Assembly (NCBI GenBank): GCA_016748015.1
Contig: JAAOMT010000518.1
Coordinates: 372,001 to 436,000 of the forward strand
Reading direction: 5' to 3'
DNA: 64,000 nt
Source: Geosiphon pyriformis uo1
Taxonomy: Eukaryota > Fungi > Glomeromycota
Shown: piece by piece, positions 39,301-52,700 of the stretch
Layout of the letters: every line of letters begins with the position of its first letter
How positions within the stretch are numbered: the stretch's first letter is position 1
Notes under the pieces: generated by a model
The model's database searches: none
Told to the model about the DNA's origin: nothing
The model's input: the letters and a program-made list of their open reading frames with translations, nothing else
Translations under genes and position numbers: made by a program

Positions 39301-42300
39301 TTTTAATACTAAGAAATTGTTACAATAGAAAATATTAAACTTGCTATAAGCAAATAAGATACAATCTAACAAAATTTTAAACAGAATTTTCTTAGCTGTT
39401 TTAATTAAAGTTATGAATTATGTGTTTATTAAAATGCTATCTCAATTATATAGTTTGAAGATTATTAAAACCTATGATTTTTTCTAAAGAACTGAAATAT
39501 TACCAAGAATTAGACAAGTATTTAATAGATTTAATAGACAATTTACTATTATATTATCACAATATTTCTAAAGTTTATTAGTTATGTTAAACAAACCAGT
39601 AGCTTTACTATTGAGCAGACTACTGATTACTGAAATCAAATTCTTTAAGCTGATGACTTTTATTATACTAAAAAAGATGTCTTTATTTATATATACTAAG
39701 AGCATATATTAATCAATCCATAAATTAAGCAAAGCTAAAAGAATTTTGCACTTTTTTGTCCAATTTTTTATAATCATATCAACTTTAAGCTTTACTTTAT
39801 TTGGCTCCAAAACTAATTTTTTTTCAATTACTAAATAGTCTAAAACTATCTTTCAAAATAGTTGTTTTAAGACACTTCTAATTATGCTATCTTTATTAAA
39901 ACTGAAATTTTTTAGGTGTTTTTCAATTATGTTTCTAATAGCTGTATTTTTAGCTGTCTTAAATTTATAGTATTTGGATTTGTAATAACTATTTTTAATT
40001 ATTAATAAATATTTAATTATGTCTACAGAATTTGCATTATTATAAATTAAGCTGTTAATTTCAGAAAATCTTATATTATTAACAGATGATTATATCTTAA
40101 TGAAATGCTTAAATTCTAGCTTATTGCTTGAGCTCAATATCTTAGACAACATAGAAACCAATAATTCCAGCTTGTAAAATTTTAAAGACTATTTGTTTCT
40201 TAAACAATTAAATTTATTATATTAATATCTAAAAAACATTTTATTAGCTATATTTACTACTATTCTATTTAAAACTTTTTATATTGTATTTAAGTTTTAA
40301 AGATTTTTAGCTTTTGAAAATTCATATTATATTATTAAAAGCTTAACAGAAAAACAATTCTTGAATCTTATTTATTTGGCATTATCTGCATTTTTTGTTT
40401 TAAATTTCCAGTAATTTTTATTAGTCTGTTTACAAGCAATGTTTAAATAAATGTCTAATAAGTCTTTTAAACCAATTTAAATTGAAACTGCCTTATAATT
40501 AGTGTTAAAAAAATTGGAAACAGAACTAACATTACAAATTATGATAACTAATAACAGATTTTTACCCAAAAAAATATAATTAATAATTTTTTCAACCCCT
40601 TTTAAATTGTGCTAAATAGAACATTTAACCAAAAAGTATTTATCTAAAGAATTTACTAAACTCATATTTGGACACTTGCTAAAACTTGCACATTTTTTAG
40701 AACTATTTTTATTAAAGTTATTATCTAAGATTATAAATAAATTAGAACTAGTTACCTTAAAAATAAAAGAGTTAATATTAGAAGTTTGCATAAATCTAGT
40801 TTCAATTGATGCTCCAATATACAAATCCAAAACCACAACTAACAATTTGCTCTTGAACAGAAAACAAACTAAAATTATTTAACCAGAAATTTTTTCCACT
40901 TTTGTAATATAACAAGCCAAAAAATTGTTCATAATAATGGCTATATCAGTTCTAAAAAAGCTATTTTCCAGGCTAAATATGAAAATTTAGACTCCACTAA
41001 ATTTGTTTATTATCTATAGCTTAATATTAGACTTAAGTTTTATTTTAATTATAATAAATATTATGTTTTCAGAATTTATATGCCATTAAATAATGTCTTT
41101 TTGTTTTGTCAAATTGTTTATATCTTTGATATTACATATTGCTATTTTTCAAATAAACTTATTCATTAAGATGAAAGATATATTAAAAAACTTAAATCAA
41201 CATACAACTGATCTAATTTCTTCAAAATTGAGCCAATAAAAATTTTAAGAGCCACTATTTTCAACTTTAGGCTGTCTAATTTGATGATTAAAACTTTAGA
41301 ACTACTTATACTTAATACTAAAACTTTAGAATTTGCCAAAAGAAAAAGAGAGAATAATGCTTATAAGCTATCTAAAATTATGTTTAAAACCAAGTTCAAA
41401 TCTGTAATTATTGAATTAACTAAAATAAGAGCAAGAAAAGACAAAACCAATAGTATTAAGTCTATATTACTAAGTCTATACACAATATTAGACACCTAGT
41501 TAGCCAAGAACTCCAAAGAGCATTTCAAAAAAGCCAACTAATTACCAATTACAAACATATTTTGAAAATTAAAGATCTTATTGCCAGAAAGTGAAGTATT
41601 AAAAAAAGAAAGCCCAAAGAAAAAAACAAAACAAATATTAATAAAAACTGTTATTAGAGACATTATTTAAGTCCAAGACTTACCACTAAAAGCAGCAAAT
41701 TAAAAAATAAGCATTATTTTTTCTTGTATAAAGGTAAACAAATTGAAAATAATTCTAATTTAAAACAAATCTTTTAAAAACTTTTTTTTGAACCAGAGCA
41801 AAAAAACCAGAAAAGTTGTATTTAAAAAAAAATATTCAAAATACTCATATTTTTTACATCAAATTAAATCTAATTTAGTCTAAAAAAGCTTAATATCATT
41901 CAAAATAGACTTTGTACAAAAAACAGATTCTAGTTTCTTATTAAATTTAAAACTAATTATAATATAGTAAATCTTATTATTAGTGTCAAATAATTAATTG
42001 ATAATACAAGTTTTTTTACTAATTTTTTTTAATAAATTACTAAAATTATAAACAGTTATTCTTATAAAAAGAGTAAACAAAAGTGTCTTGAATTGATTCT
42101 TAAACATCCAAATATTACAATCTTCTATAGCTTTTATCATAAATACTGAATTTTTTCCAATTAAAAATAATTATTTTGATAACAACAAATTAGTTTAACT
42201 TGATTTAGTAAATTCTATTATAGTCTTTTATCACAGTTTAATCAGTTGTAAATAAATTAACACAATTTAATTAAACTTAAAAACTGTGACAATGATTATC

Positions 42301-43157
42301 TTTTTTGGCATATTTATAAGAATTTCTTTGATTATTACAGTCTAATCTGATTTAATTTCTTATTGTTGTTTATGATAATTCTTTTTTTCTAAGCCAATAA
42401 TACAGTTTTATTCATATTTTTTTTAATGTGAATATTAATCTAATAATTTTCTTAAATTTTGAGAAAGTACTGATCTTTCCAAAACCATTAATTATTGAAA
42501 AAAGTTTTTTAATTATCTAAGTTTTTGTTATTGTTGACTTTTTTTCTATTGCTAAAAAATTAATATCTAAAGCAAAAAATTTTCTAATAGCTATTTTCAT
42601 TTAAGTTTTTACAATTTTAAAATTAATTCATCTTCTGTTTAGAAATATATTAAGAAAAAAAGAAAGAAATTTTTTGTTTTTATCCATTCTAAAGTTAATT
42701 GTACTAATAGAGAAGTTATATTTTAAATTAGTATTAATATTTTTAACCTTAGATTGTTGTTGCTAAACCAAAAAAACCACTATTACTATTACTTACTGAA
42801 AAATTATTATTTTTACTATTATTAAATTTATTATTTATGTTCGAATATATACCACTATCAAAACCAGATTTGCTTAAAAAAATTTTTTTTTGTTATTAAA
42901 GTGCTTAATATTACTTACAAAAAAATTTTTCTTTTAGAAGAAAAAACTTTTAATTAGTCCATAAAAAGCATTTTTAGGTGTCTTTTTCTTAAACATATTA
43001 TTACTAAAAGCAATTATCAGATCTATCACAAAAGAATTATTAGCTTGTAAAATATTAAAAATAGTAATACTAAAAAAAAACAATAAAAAACAAAAACTTC
43101 TTTTTTAAAAACTATTCTTTAAGAAATTTGAATATAGAAAAGAAAAAAGTTTTTTTT
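36390..43157 (-). mobile_element. Near full-length decayed LINE, copy 2 (ORF1; ORF2 APE-RT-RNase H-Cys/His; 3' tail)
   Basis: APE 'KIAICNIKDINNLTKQ' (~41100-41150), RT 'TSFFVTDAFVNNTI' (~38860-38900), RNase H 'VYTDSLL' (~37755-37772), C-terminal 'CLFCD', 3' tail followed by (TAA)n at ~36380. Confidence 0.85.
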
Positions 43158-44719
43158 ATATTCTTATTAATATGTTCAAATTTTTATTAATATTAATATT
43201 TATTTATTGTTTACTATTAAAAATTTTTGAATTTTTAATAATTTTTTACAATTTAATATTTAATATTTTTATTTTATATATTTATAATTAACAAAAAAAA
43301 ATTATAATATATATATATAATTTAAATATTTTTTGAAAATTTACATAAAAATTTTGTATTATATTTTAATTATATTGTTTTAATTAATAATTTATATTTA
43401 ATAAATTTGATTTTAAAAAAATTACTTAATATATATAATAAACAATATTTTTATTTTTGTATTTTTTGTTTAGTCAAATTAATATTAATTATTTAGTTTA
43501 AAATATATATTAAATTATTTTTTAGATTTAATATTTATTTACTATATTATTAAAAAAAATTTTGGTATACTACATAATTTAAATTATTATTAAAAACAAA
43601 AACACTTATATAATTTAAATAAAATACTTTAAAAATTAAAATTGTTTTTTTATTGTTTAATTAAATATTTATTAATTTAAAATTTTTTGTTATTTTTTGG
43701 CTTTAAATAATAATAATATTTTATTAAATTATAGTTTCTTATCTATTTTTTGTTATTATTATTTTACAAATAAAAATAAGTTTTTTGTTTTTTTTATTAT
43801 ATCTTTTATAATTTTTTAAAATACAAATTTTTTTGTAAATTTAGTAGCTGTTTTTAGCAATAATATAATTAAAAAAAAATGACAATAAAATTTGTTTATA
43901 ATTTTGTTAATAATACTTTTTCTTAAAAACACAAAAATTTTATTAATAATATTAAATACTTAAATAATAAAAAAACATATTATTAAACAAGTTTTTAATT
44001 AATATTAACAAATTTTTAAGCATAATTATTATTTTAAATAGAAAAATAAATAGTATTTTGTTGGTTGGTAATAATTACAAAGCAAATTATAAAAATTAAA
44101 TTTATTTAAACTTTAAAATAAATACTTTTAAAACAAAAAAATTTTAAATTAATTCAATTAACTATAAAATAAAAATATTATTGTTTTGAATTAATTTTAA
44201 AATTGTCAAAAAAAAAGTAAAAATATTTATAAAAAATTTTATGTATTAAATATTAATTTTTTAACAATTAAAAAAAAACATTACAATAAAAATAGCTATT
44301 TAAAAATTGTTTTTTTAATTAATGAATTTATAAAAATTATTACTTTTTTAAAATCTGAAAAAATTATTTAATTATGTATTTTAAAAAAAACATAAACCAA
44401 GCTGCGATATTGGCTAATAAAATTTTTTTTAGTAAACAGTAATCTTAAAAAACAAAAAATTTAATAAAATTAAACTATAATAATTAAAAAAATTTTTATA
44501 AATATGTTAAAAAATAATTATTTAATTTAATTTAAGTTTAATTAATAATATTAATCTAATTATAATAAAATTTTTTAAATTAAACTAAATTGATTTTTTG
44601 GTATTTAAGTAATTAATCTTAATTAATAAAAATTTAATATATATAATTAAAATTAATATAAATTGAATAATTTAGCTGTTAAAAGATTATTACAAAATAT
44701 TATTGTTTATTTTGTTTTT

Positions 44720-46600
44720 TATTTTATTTTTATAAGTAAAATCCAATTACTATTTAATACAATATAATTATTTAGAGTTCTAAATTAAATATAATTTATA
44801 TACTTATTATATATAACTAGTTATTTGGCCAATTAAGACAATATTATGTAATTATGTTAACTAAAACTTTCTTAACAGTATTAATAAAAAATAAATAGCC
44901 AATCTTCAAACTAAAACTAACAGCATAATTTTTTTTAATACAAATAAGTAATATTATCTAAAATCTTAACAAAAAAACCATAAACTATATTAACTATAAA
45001 GTTATTTCTAATTAACAAACTTTTACAATTCATATTGACTTGAAGTCTTAAATTAGAAATTCATATCTGTTTTCTATAATTGTTAATTAAATTTTGAATA
45101 AATTTAACTAATTTAAATATAGTAAGTTTAACATTTTTAAAAAAAGCCTTGGTTTTTACCAAATAATTTTCAAATATAAACTTTTTATATAAAATTATAT
45201 ACAAACTAATATTAAAAACACACAAAATTAAAGACTAAAAAACCATAAACAAAGCTATATTTACATTAGTCAAAGATTTTTAGAGAGAAAAACATGTATT
45301 TAACAAATCTTACCAAACAAAAAAATCTGAACTGTAAATAAAACTGTAATTCAAAAACTTTATTTTATTATAATATATATATAATATACTTAAATAGCTA
45401 TAATTATATAAATACTTTCTAACTACAACTAACAACTTTTTATATAGAGCTTTTATCAGATATATATGTAAATTAGCAGTAGTTTTGCTTATATATTTGG
45501 CAATCATATAAGATTTTAAACTGAAACAGTATATTTTTAATTAATATTACCAATACATAAAAAATTTACAACATTAAAATTTGGTCTAATTTTCTATTAA
45601 AAATATTTTATAATGATTTGTTATTTTAATAAAATGACAAGTATTGTTAGATACTACTTTATTATTAGTTATTAAAAATTTTTTCTTGAAATTTACTAGA
45701 AAAACAAATTCTAAAAAAGTAGTTTAATCAGTTAGTTTATCAATATATTTATTGTTTAATATATTAGAATAATTTTTTATCTTTATCCAATTTACAAAAA
45801 TGTTTTTATTTTTGACCAAATTACTAATCTGGTAGTATTCAATTCAATATTTATTATGGAAATTAGGTTTTACTAATTTAAGTTCAGTTTAATATACATT
45901 TAAAAAAATCTAACTATTAATAAAAATTGTAACCTTAAAGGAAACCAGAATATATTTAAAAGCCAAAACAATAATTTGTATCTTAATTAAGTTAAAAACA
46001 ATATCTTATAAATCTTTACTCTTGTATACAAACCCAAATTAGAAAAATAAACAGCTATATTACTAATAGCATCAAAAAAACCAAAAATTTTAACAAAACT
46101 ATTAATGTAAACTAAGATTACAAGCAAAAATACAACTTTCAAATTAAAATAAATAATATTAAAACTATTTATATTAATCATATTTGTTTTAAAAAAGTGT
46201 CTAAAAACAAATAAAAAATCTTAGATTAGACTATTATTCTTAACAAAATCCGAAATTTATGTAAACTAAAAAAGAACTAAGTCTCTAAAATTCAATTATT
46301 TCTATTAACATAAATCTCTCTAAGTAAAACATTTATTATAATTATTCAAAAATTGGTCTGTAAAAATAATGCCAAAATACTTTAAAAATCAACAAATTTA
46401 AGAATATTCTATCTGACTTAGTATGTTTAAAACAAGAATACTGTATTTAAAATAAAAAGCATTAAATATATTATTAGTCATAAATATACTATTATGTAAA
46501 AATATTTTAGTAATATTAGTTAAAAATTGTTTACTAAATTAATTTTTAGCTTAACAAAGAATTAAAAAAAGTTCTGAAGAATCCAATATTGTTTATAAAT
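44720..46600 (-). mobile_element. 5'-truncated LINE fragment, copy 3 (post-RT, RNase H region, 3' tail)
   Basis: Colinear with the 3' end of copy 2; same 3' tail at ~44730-44850. Confidence 0.7.
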
Positions 46601-47369
46601 ATAATAATATATAATCTTAATATTTTTTAAAAAAAATTGATAAAAAGACATATATTATTAATTATATATTTATTATTAATATTAAAATTTAATATAAAAT
46701 AATTTGTTTTAATTTTAAAAAAATTTTAAATTAAGTTTATTATATTATTTTTGTTTTTAATAAAATAAATTTTTTTTGAATTAAATTAAACTTAATTTAT
46801 TATAAAAATTATAAAAAGTTTGATTATTTTGTATTAAAATATAATTTTTTATTTTTTCTAATAATTAACTTAAAAAATTTATTAAATAAATATTTTTAAA
46901 AAAATACAAATCTTAATAATCAAAAAATTTACAATTTTATTATTAAATATGATAAAATAATTTTTATTTTTAATTTAATTTACCAAAAATTATTTATTTT
47001 AAATAAAAACATTAATTTTTTTTATTTAATAATTAATTTTAAAATTAAATTAAATTTATTAAACCAATAGAAATCAATTATTATTATACTATTTATATAT
47101 ATATTGTAAATATCTTAAAGAAAAATACATTTTAAAATTAAAATAATTGTATTATAACTTTTATTTTTATATTATAATATATGTTTTTAAAATATATAAT
47201 AATATTATTAATTATAAAAAAAATTTAAACTTTTAAATTAATTTATTAATAAATATATTAAAAATATTTACAATATAAAATTTTAAATTATAAAAATTTA
47301 ATATAACAGCAGATAAAAAGTTTAAATTATTAATTAATATAAATTTACAAATATAATTAATATAATAAA

Positions 47370-49670
47370 GATAGCAAATAAGCTAAAAAAAACTTTTTGT
47401 CTTCTTAATTTTATGAACAAAGAGTAGAAAAGTTGCAACTAATATCTTTCCTAAAATATCTAATAAAATTTCAACCAGAAGAGTTCTTTCTGTAGTAGAA
47501 ACAACTAGATAAAACGTTTTAGAAGTCTTTCCTTTACCTAATAATCATAAAAAGCTGCTTTTAGTAACTATTGAAGCAACTTTTTCATCTTTGGCTGGTT
47601 TTTTATCAGTCAAAGTTTTCTCAAAAAGACACATTTGAATTAGTTTCAGTATTGCCTCCATCTCTACTAAGAGCCCAAAAGTGTTTAATAATAGATTAAT
47701 TAATAAGCTGGTATTTTTTTCCATAGCTTCAACATCTGGTGCTGCTAGCACCTCTTCTTCAAAAAAAATGGTCAAAAAAACCAAAAGTTCAGAAAAGTGG
47801 GGGCAGTTACTTGCCTCTGCTATTATTATACTGAACCCTTTTGTGGTTCTAACTGAGATTTTAGGTGAGATTTTTACTGTATTATCCAGCATATTTTTCA
47901 AGATAGACCAAGATTAATCATAGACTGTGTTGCCTAATATAGTATTTTCTAACAGATCTTTGCCAGTTCTGAAAGTAAAACAACTATCTCCTGTTGGATT
48001 ACTTGTTCTTGAAAACTAGACTGATCAGATGGAAACTGATTCATTTTCTCTTCTGGTTTCTGGTGCTGTCACTAGTAGTGCTTGGGAAACTATTACTAGT
48101 TGTCAAAAGTTTACTGGATGGGTGGTCTTCTTTCTGGTATCTGGTACTACTTTTAAGATCAAATTGGCTTATATTAAGACTGTTTTTCAGTCTGTACATG
48201 GTTTTTTGGGTGCAAAATTTGTTTCTAAAGACAATATAAAGCTTTTTTGTGTGAAGTTTGTTTCTTAAAGTTTTCTAAATGCTGTATTTTTGGTTGAGCT
48301 TACAAGTTCTGTTCACATTATTACTCTTAAAATTATCAAGTCTTTGGTGGTTTCTGAGGCTGGCTCCCCTTCTGATGTTATTGCATTGTGTGATGTGTCT
48401 TTGGGTGTATTTGTTGCTAACATTAAGATAGCTCTTGGTGTCTTTGGTGAAATTTCTTATATTTAGTCAAGACCTATTGGTATTTGGCAATATGTTGTTG
48501 TTTACTTTAAAAATTTGAATGCTGTTACATTTGCTTTTAATTACTGGTTAGTTTTGGTGGGCAAAAATAATATTAAAATTCTTCCTTTAGTAAATCAAAA
48601 TAAAACTATTCTGTTTTGTGATAGGTTTAAGGCCAAGTTGGTTAATCTCCTCTCTGGCTGCATAGCTTTTGAAATTAGTGATATGATTTCTCAAGTTAAT
48701 AGTTAGACATGTTTCATTCTCGGTTCTCTTAAGTCTGGTTATTGTTCTCAGTTTGCTCTGATTACATTTGGTTCTTAGGTTGATTTGGATGCTGTAGTAC
48801 TAAAAACTAGTACACTAAAAAAATACCATATCTGGTGGGAAACCTCTGGTTGCTGGTGTTGTTTTTGGTGTTAAGAGATAGGCCACTTGGCTATGGATTA
48901 TAAGGTTGCTCCATCTCTTTCTTCTAAGACTCCCAAGGTGTTTAAACTACATTTTGTTGGTTCTTTGTCTTATGTAAAGACATCTGTTCCCCTTGTTCTT
49001 TCTGAATTTCCTCTTTTGGTGACTTCTGTTTCTTTTGTGGCTGTTGAAGATTCTTTGGTGTCTTTTTGGCTGGCATTTCTGGAATCTAATTTGGTCAAGC
49101 TTTCTGTTTTAGTTGAATCTATTATTAAGTCTATTGGCTCTATAGTCAAAGTTTTTGAACAATTTATTAATAATGATCTGGTTTTAAGTTCTGCTTTTGG
49201 CCTCAGAGTCAATGAAGTTTTGGTTCACATAAATAGTTTTAGTAGAGCTGTTGGTAAGTTGGAGTGAAAAGTGGTTGCTCTGAAAGTTGAGTGTGGTTTT
49301 AAGAATGTTGATATATTTGGTTCTTATATAAGTTTGTTATCTTTTGATAATGATATGTTTTCTAATTTGATGTCTCTTTGAGAACATGAATCTGCTGCTG
49401 TAAAAACTGATGTCTTTAAAACAGCTGAGTGGTTGGTTGGTTTGGTTAATAATAGTGTTACATTATTTGAGATTGTTCAAAGAATGTTTTTTTTGGGTAA
49501 ATTTTCTTCTGATGCATTAATATAGTATAGCCTAAACTGGCTCAAGTAGCTGGTTACATGTAGTAAGCACATAAATTATATTTAGCCCTAGATCACTTAG
49601 TTTGGTCCTAATTTTTAGATGGTGTTTGGACCATACTCATTAAATTCATAATAATAATAATAAAAAAATA
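47370..49670 (+). mobile_element. ORF1-only non-autonomous retroelement (Half-LINE-like) with a CCHC knuckle and a LINE-type 3' tail plus (TAA)n
   Basis: ORFs 47681, 48029, 48515 and 48887 share one frame ending at TAG 49523-49525. Knuckle 'CCFWC*EIGHLAMDY'. The tail starting at the stop matches the LINE 3' ends. Confidence 0.7.
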
Positions 49671-49799
49671 AGTTAAACAAAAAGTTAATATAAATTTTTT
49701 AAAACTTATTTGCTTTTTTTTAAAGTTTTTTCAATTAATAACTATATTATTATTATTTATAAACTAATTTATAAAAACAATATTTAATTATTTAAAATA

Positions 49800-52700
49800 T
49801 TTAAAGATTTATAAAATATGTAAATTTCTTTAAAATAATTAAAAACAAAAAAGTACATTTTTTTAAAAAAAAGTTTTTTGTTTTTGTTTTTTCTTATAAT
49901 ATTGTTTTCAATATTTTTTAAATAAATAATTTTTTTGTAATAAACCTAAAAATTACTTCAAGTAGTAGTATATTTAAAAAAAAAATACTTAAAAGAGTTT
50001 CTATAAATAATATTAAACACTTTAATAATAATAATAATAATTTTTTTAGTCAAATTAGGTCTTAAAAATAATATGTATTCAAATATAGATAGTAAATTCA
50101 GTAATAATAAAGATAATAATATCTCAATAAACGCTAATAGTGGTTTTTTTTGGCTCAGCAGTAATAATTTCTAAAGCTAAGAAGTTAATACTGGTTTAAA
50201 ATATAGTTGTCTTATTAATATAATTGACTATAATATAGATAAAAATAAAAAACTTTTTTTTTTCTTCTTAATATTTTTTTGAACAAAAATAATTGACTTC
50301 AGAATAATAAAAATTTAAGTTGAAAAAAAGTTTTGCTTTAAATATTAACTTATTAACAATTAAGAATAAATCAATAACAATAAAAATACAAATTATTAAA
50401 AACATTTTTTCAAAAGTAAATAATTTTAAAAAAACTATTACTCTCTCAAAGTTTGAAAATTATTAGATCTATGTTTATATTTAAAGAAAACATGAAAAAA
50501 ATTATATTATTAACTAACAAAAATAGTATTATAGTAAACAATAATTTAAAAAAAAATTTTATAAATATGTTAAAATATAATTATTATTATAGTATTTGAA
50601 TATAAACAAATAACATTAATCTAATTATAATTAATTAGACTATAACAGAAAATTGTAATAAAGTTTGCTAAATTAAGTTAAACTAATGCTTTAATTATTA
50701 ATTAATTATTATTAATTATGAAAAATTTAATACATATTATTAAAGCTATAAACAATTATAATATTCAGATATTAAGAAATTATTTTAAGACATTTCTGTT
50801 TATTTTATCTATAAAAACAACTGTTTATAATTTGGATACTTTGGTAAAAGAGATTGGTAAAAAAACTTGTATAATTAACCACTTTTATAAAATTAATAAT
50901 AAAGTTTATTGTGTTATAATTGGTTTTGTTTTAGAAAAAAATTTGGAATTGGCTTTTTACATGGAGCTAATTTTTAATAATATAAAAATTTTTTGGACTA
51001 AGTTGAAATTAATGTATTGTAAAAAGTATAGACACTTTGATTATTTAATTTTTAAATATAATATCTTTAGTATAACTGTTTTTTTTTTAAGAAAAGTTTA
51101 TATAAAGTTGATTTTAGATAAAAATCATATTTAATTAACTTATTTTTATGTTAAAAAAAAGGTTTTTATTTTACAATTGATGGCTTTTGATAATTAATTT
51201 TGAACATAAGTAGTTTTTTTAACAAATATTAATAAGAATATTTATTATGATTTTTATATTAGTTTTCTATTTTTTAGTGTTTTTTTTTCTGTTATTAAAA
51301 ATTTGCTATTAAGTTTAGTTATTTATATTAATACTTATCTGACATCTTTAGAAAAGTCTTTAAAACTTTTGATTAATTAAGTATTTAGTATTTTTTGTAG
51401 ATTAAATAGTCTAATCTTGAGTTTTTACATATTTATAGTTTCTTTTTTTCTTTTAGTAAATGTTAATTTAAATTAAATATAGTTATAAACAGCTTAAGTA
51501 AGGTTTTTTTTATGTAATAAATGGTTTAAAATCTTTTGTTCTAAGTATAAGTAGTATAAAAATTCTTATTACTAAGATAAAAAGTATAAAATCCAAGATA
51601 ATTATATTAAAAATTTCTATAAATTCTATTTTAGTAAGTTAAATTAGTTGTATACTAATTTAAATTCCATAATATTATTTTTATTTTAATAAATAAGTTA
51701 GTTTAAAAGTTTGCTGCATGTAATATTAAGGGTATAAACATTTTAGCTAAACAAAAAAACATTGTTTATTGATATTTGGATTTTGATAATATGATTTTAA
51801 TTATTATAAAAACAAAATTAAGATTTAGTATTAGACTATAGACTATAAATATGTTTAATAAAATTTATATCTTTATATTTGGTATAGATAAAAGATATTT
51901 TGATGTTAATATAGTTATTATTTTAAATAATTCTTTGGCTTATTATATTTCAAAAGTAGAAAAATTTCAGATTAGATTATTTTAATTTATTTTTATTTAA
52001 AAATAAGTTTTTTATCATGATTTTGGATTTGTATATTAGTGTTTTTGCTAAAACCAAATTTAATTAAGCTGTAAAAGTCAACTTTTTTATTGCTAATACA
52101 ATAAATTCTAGTCTTTTTGTGGTTTTAAATAGAAATTTCAAAATAAATAAATCTAAAAAAAGCATAAATTTCAGATTTTGTTTAGATTTGGATTTGGTTA
52201 ATTTATTTAGTAAGCATTTTTTGGTTAAAGTTTTTACTTAAAACAACTCTAAAAAGATTGAAAAGATTATTAATTTTGTTTTTATAAACAAAAATTTGTT
52301 ATTTGCAATTACATATTATAAAATCAACTTTATATCTAAATTTTTTAACACTAATTACAAGGTAGTTGTAATTTTAATTAAATTAAGTGGCCTTTTAAAT
52401 ATTTGTTTAAATAATATTTGCAAACAAATAAATAAGAATTATTGAAAATTTATAATTAAAAATACAGATAATATTAAGTAATTATACTTTAAAAAGTGCT
52501 GTTTTGTTAAGTTTTTAATTACAATAATAAGTTTGTAAATATAAAATATTGTTAAAATTTAGATATAATATAAAAGGCATTAAAAAAAGTTGTAATAAAC
52601 TCTGCTAATATAATGTTTTTTAAAAATTGGTTTAATATGTTTAAGTATTTAAGAAACAAGCAATTATTAAAGTTCTTTGAATTAAAATTACTGGTTTTCA

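Noticed and set aside
43160-44720. Additional element boundaries in the extremely AT-rich stretches (also 12870-13700, 35560-36380, 46600-47350, 56900-57700)
   Set aside because: Traces of LINE ORF1-like sequence are visible, but decay is too advanced to assign ends or family by eye.
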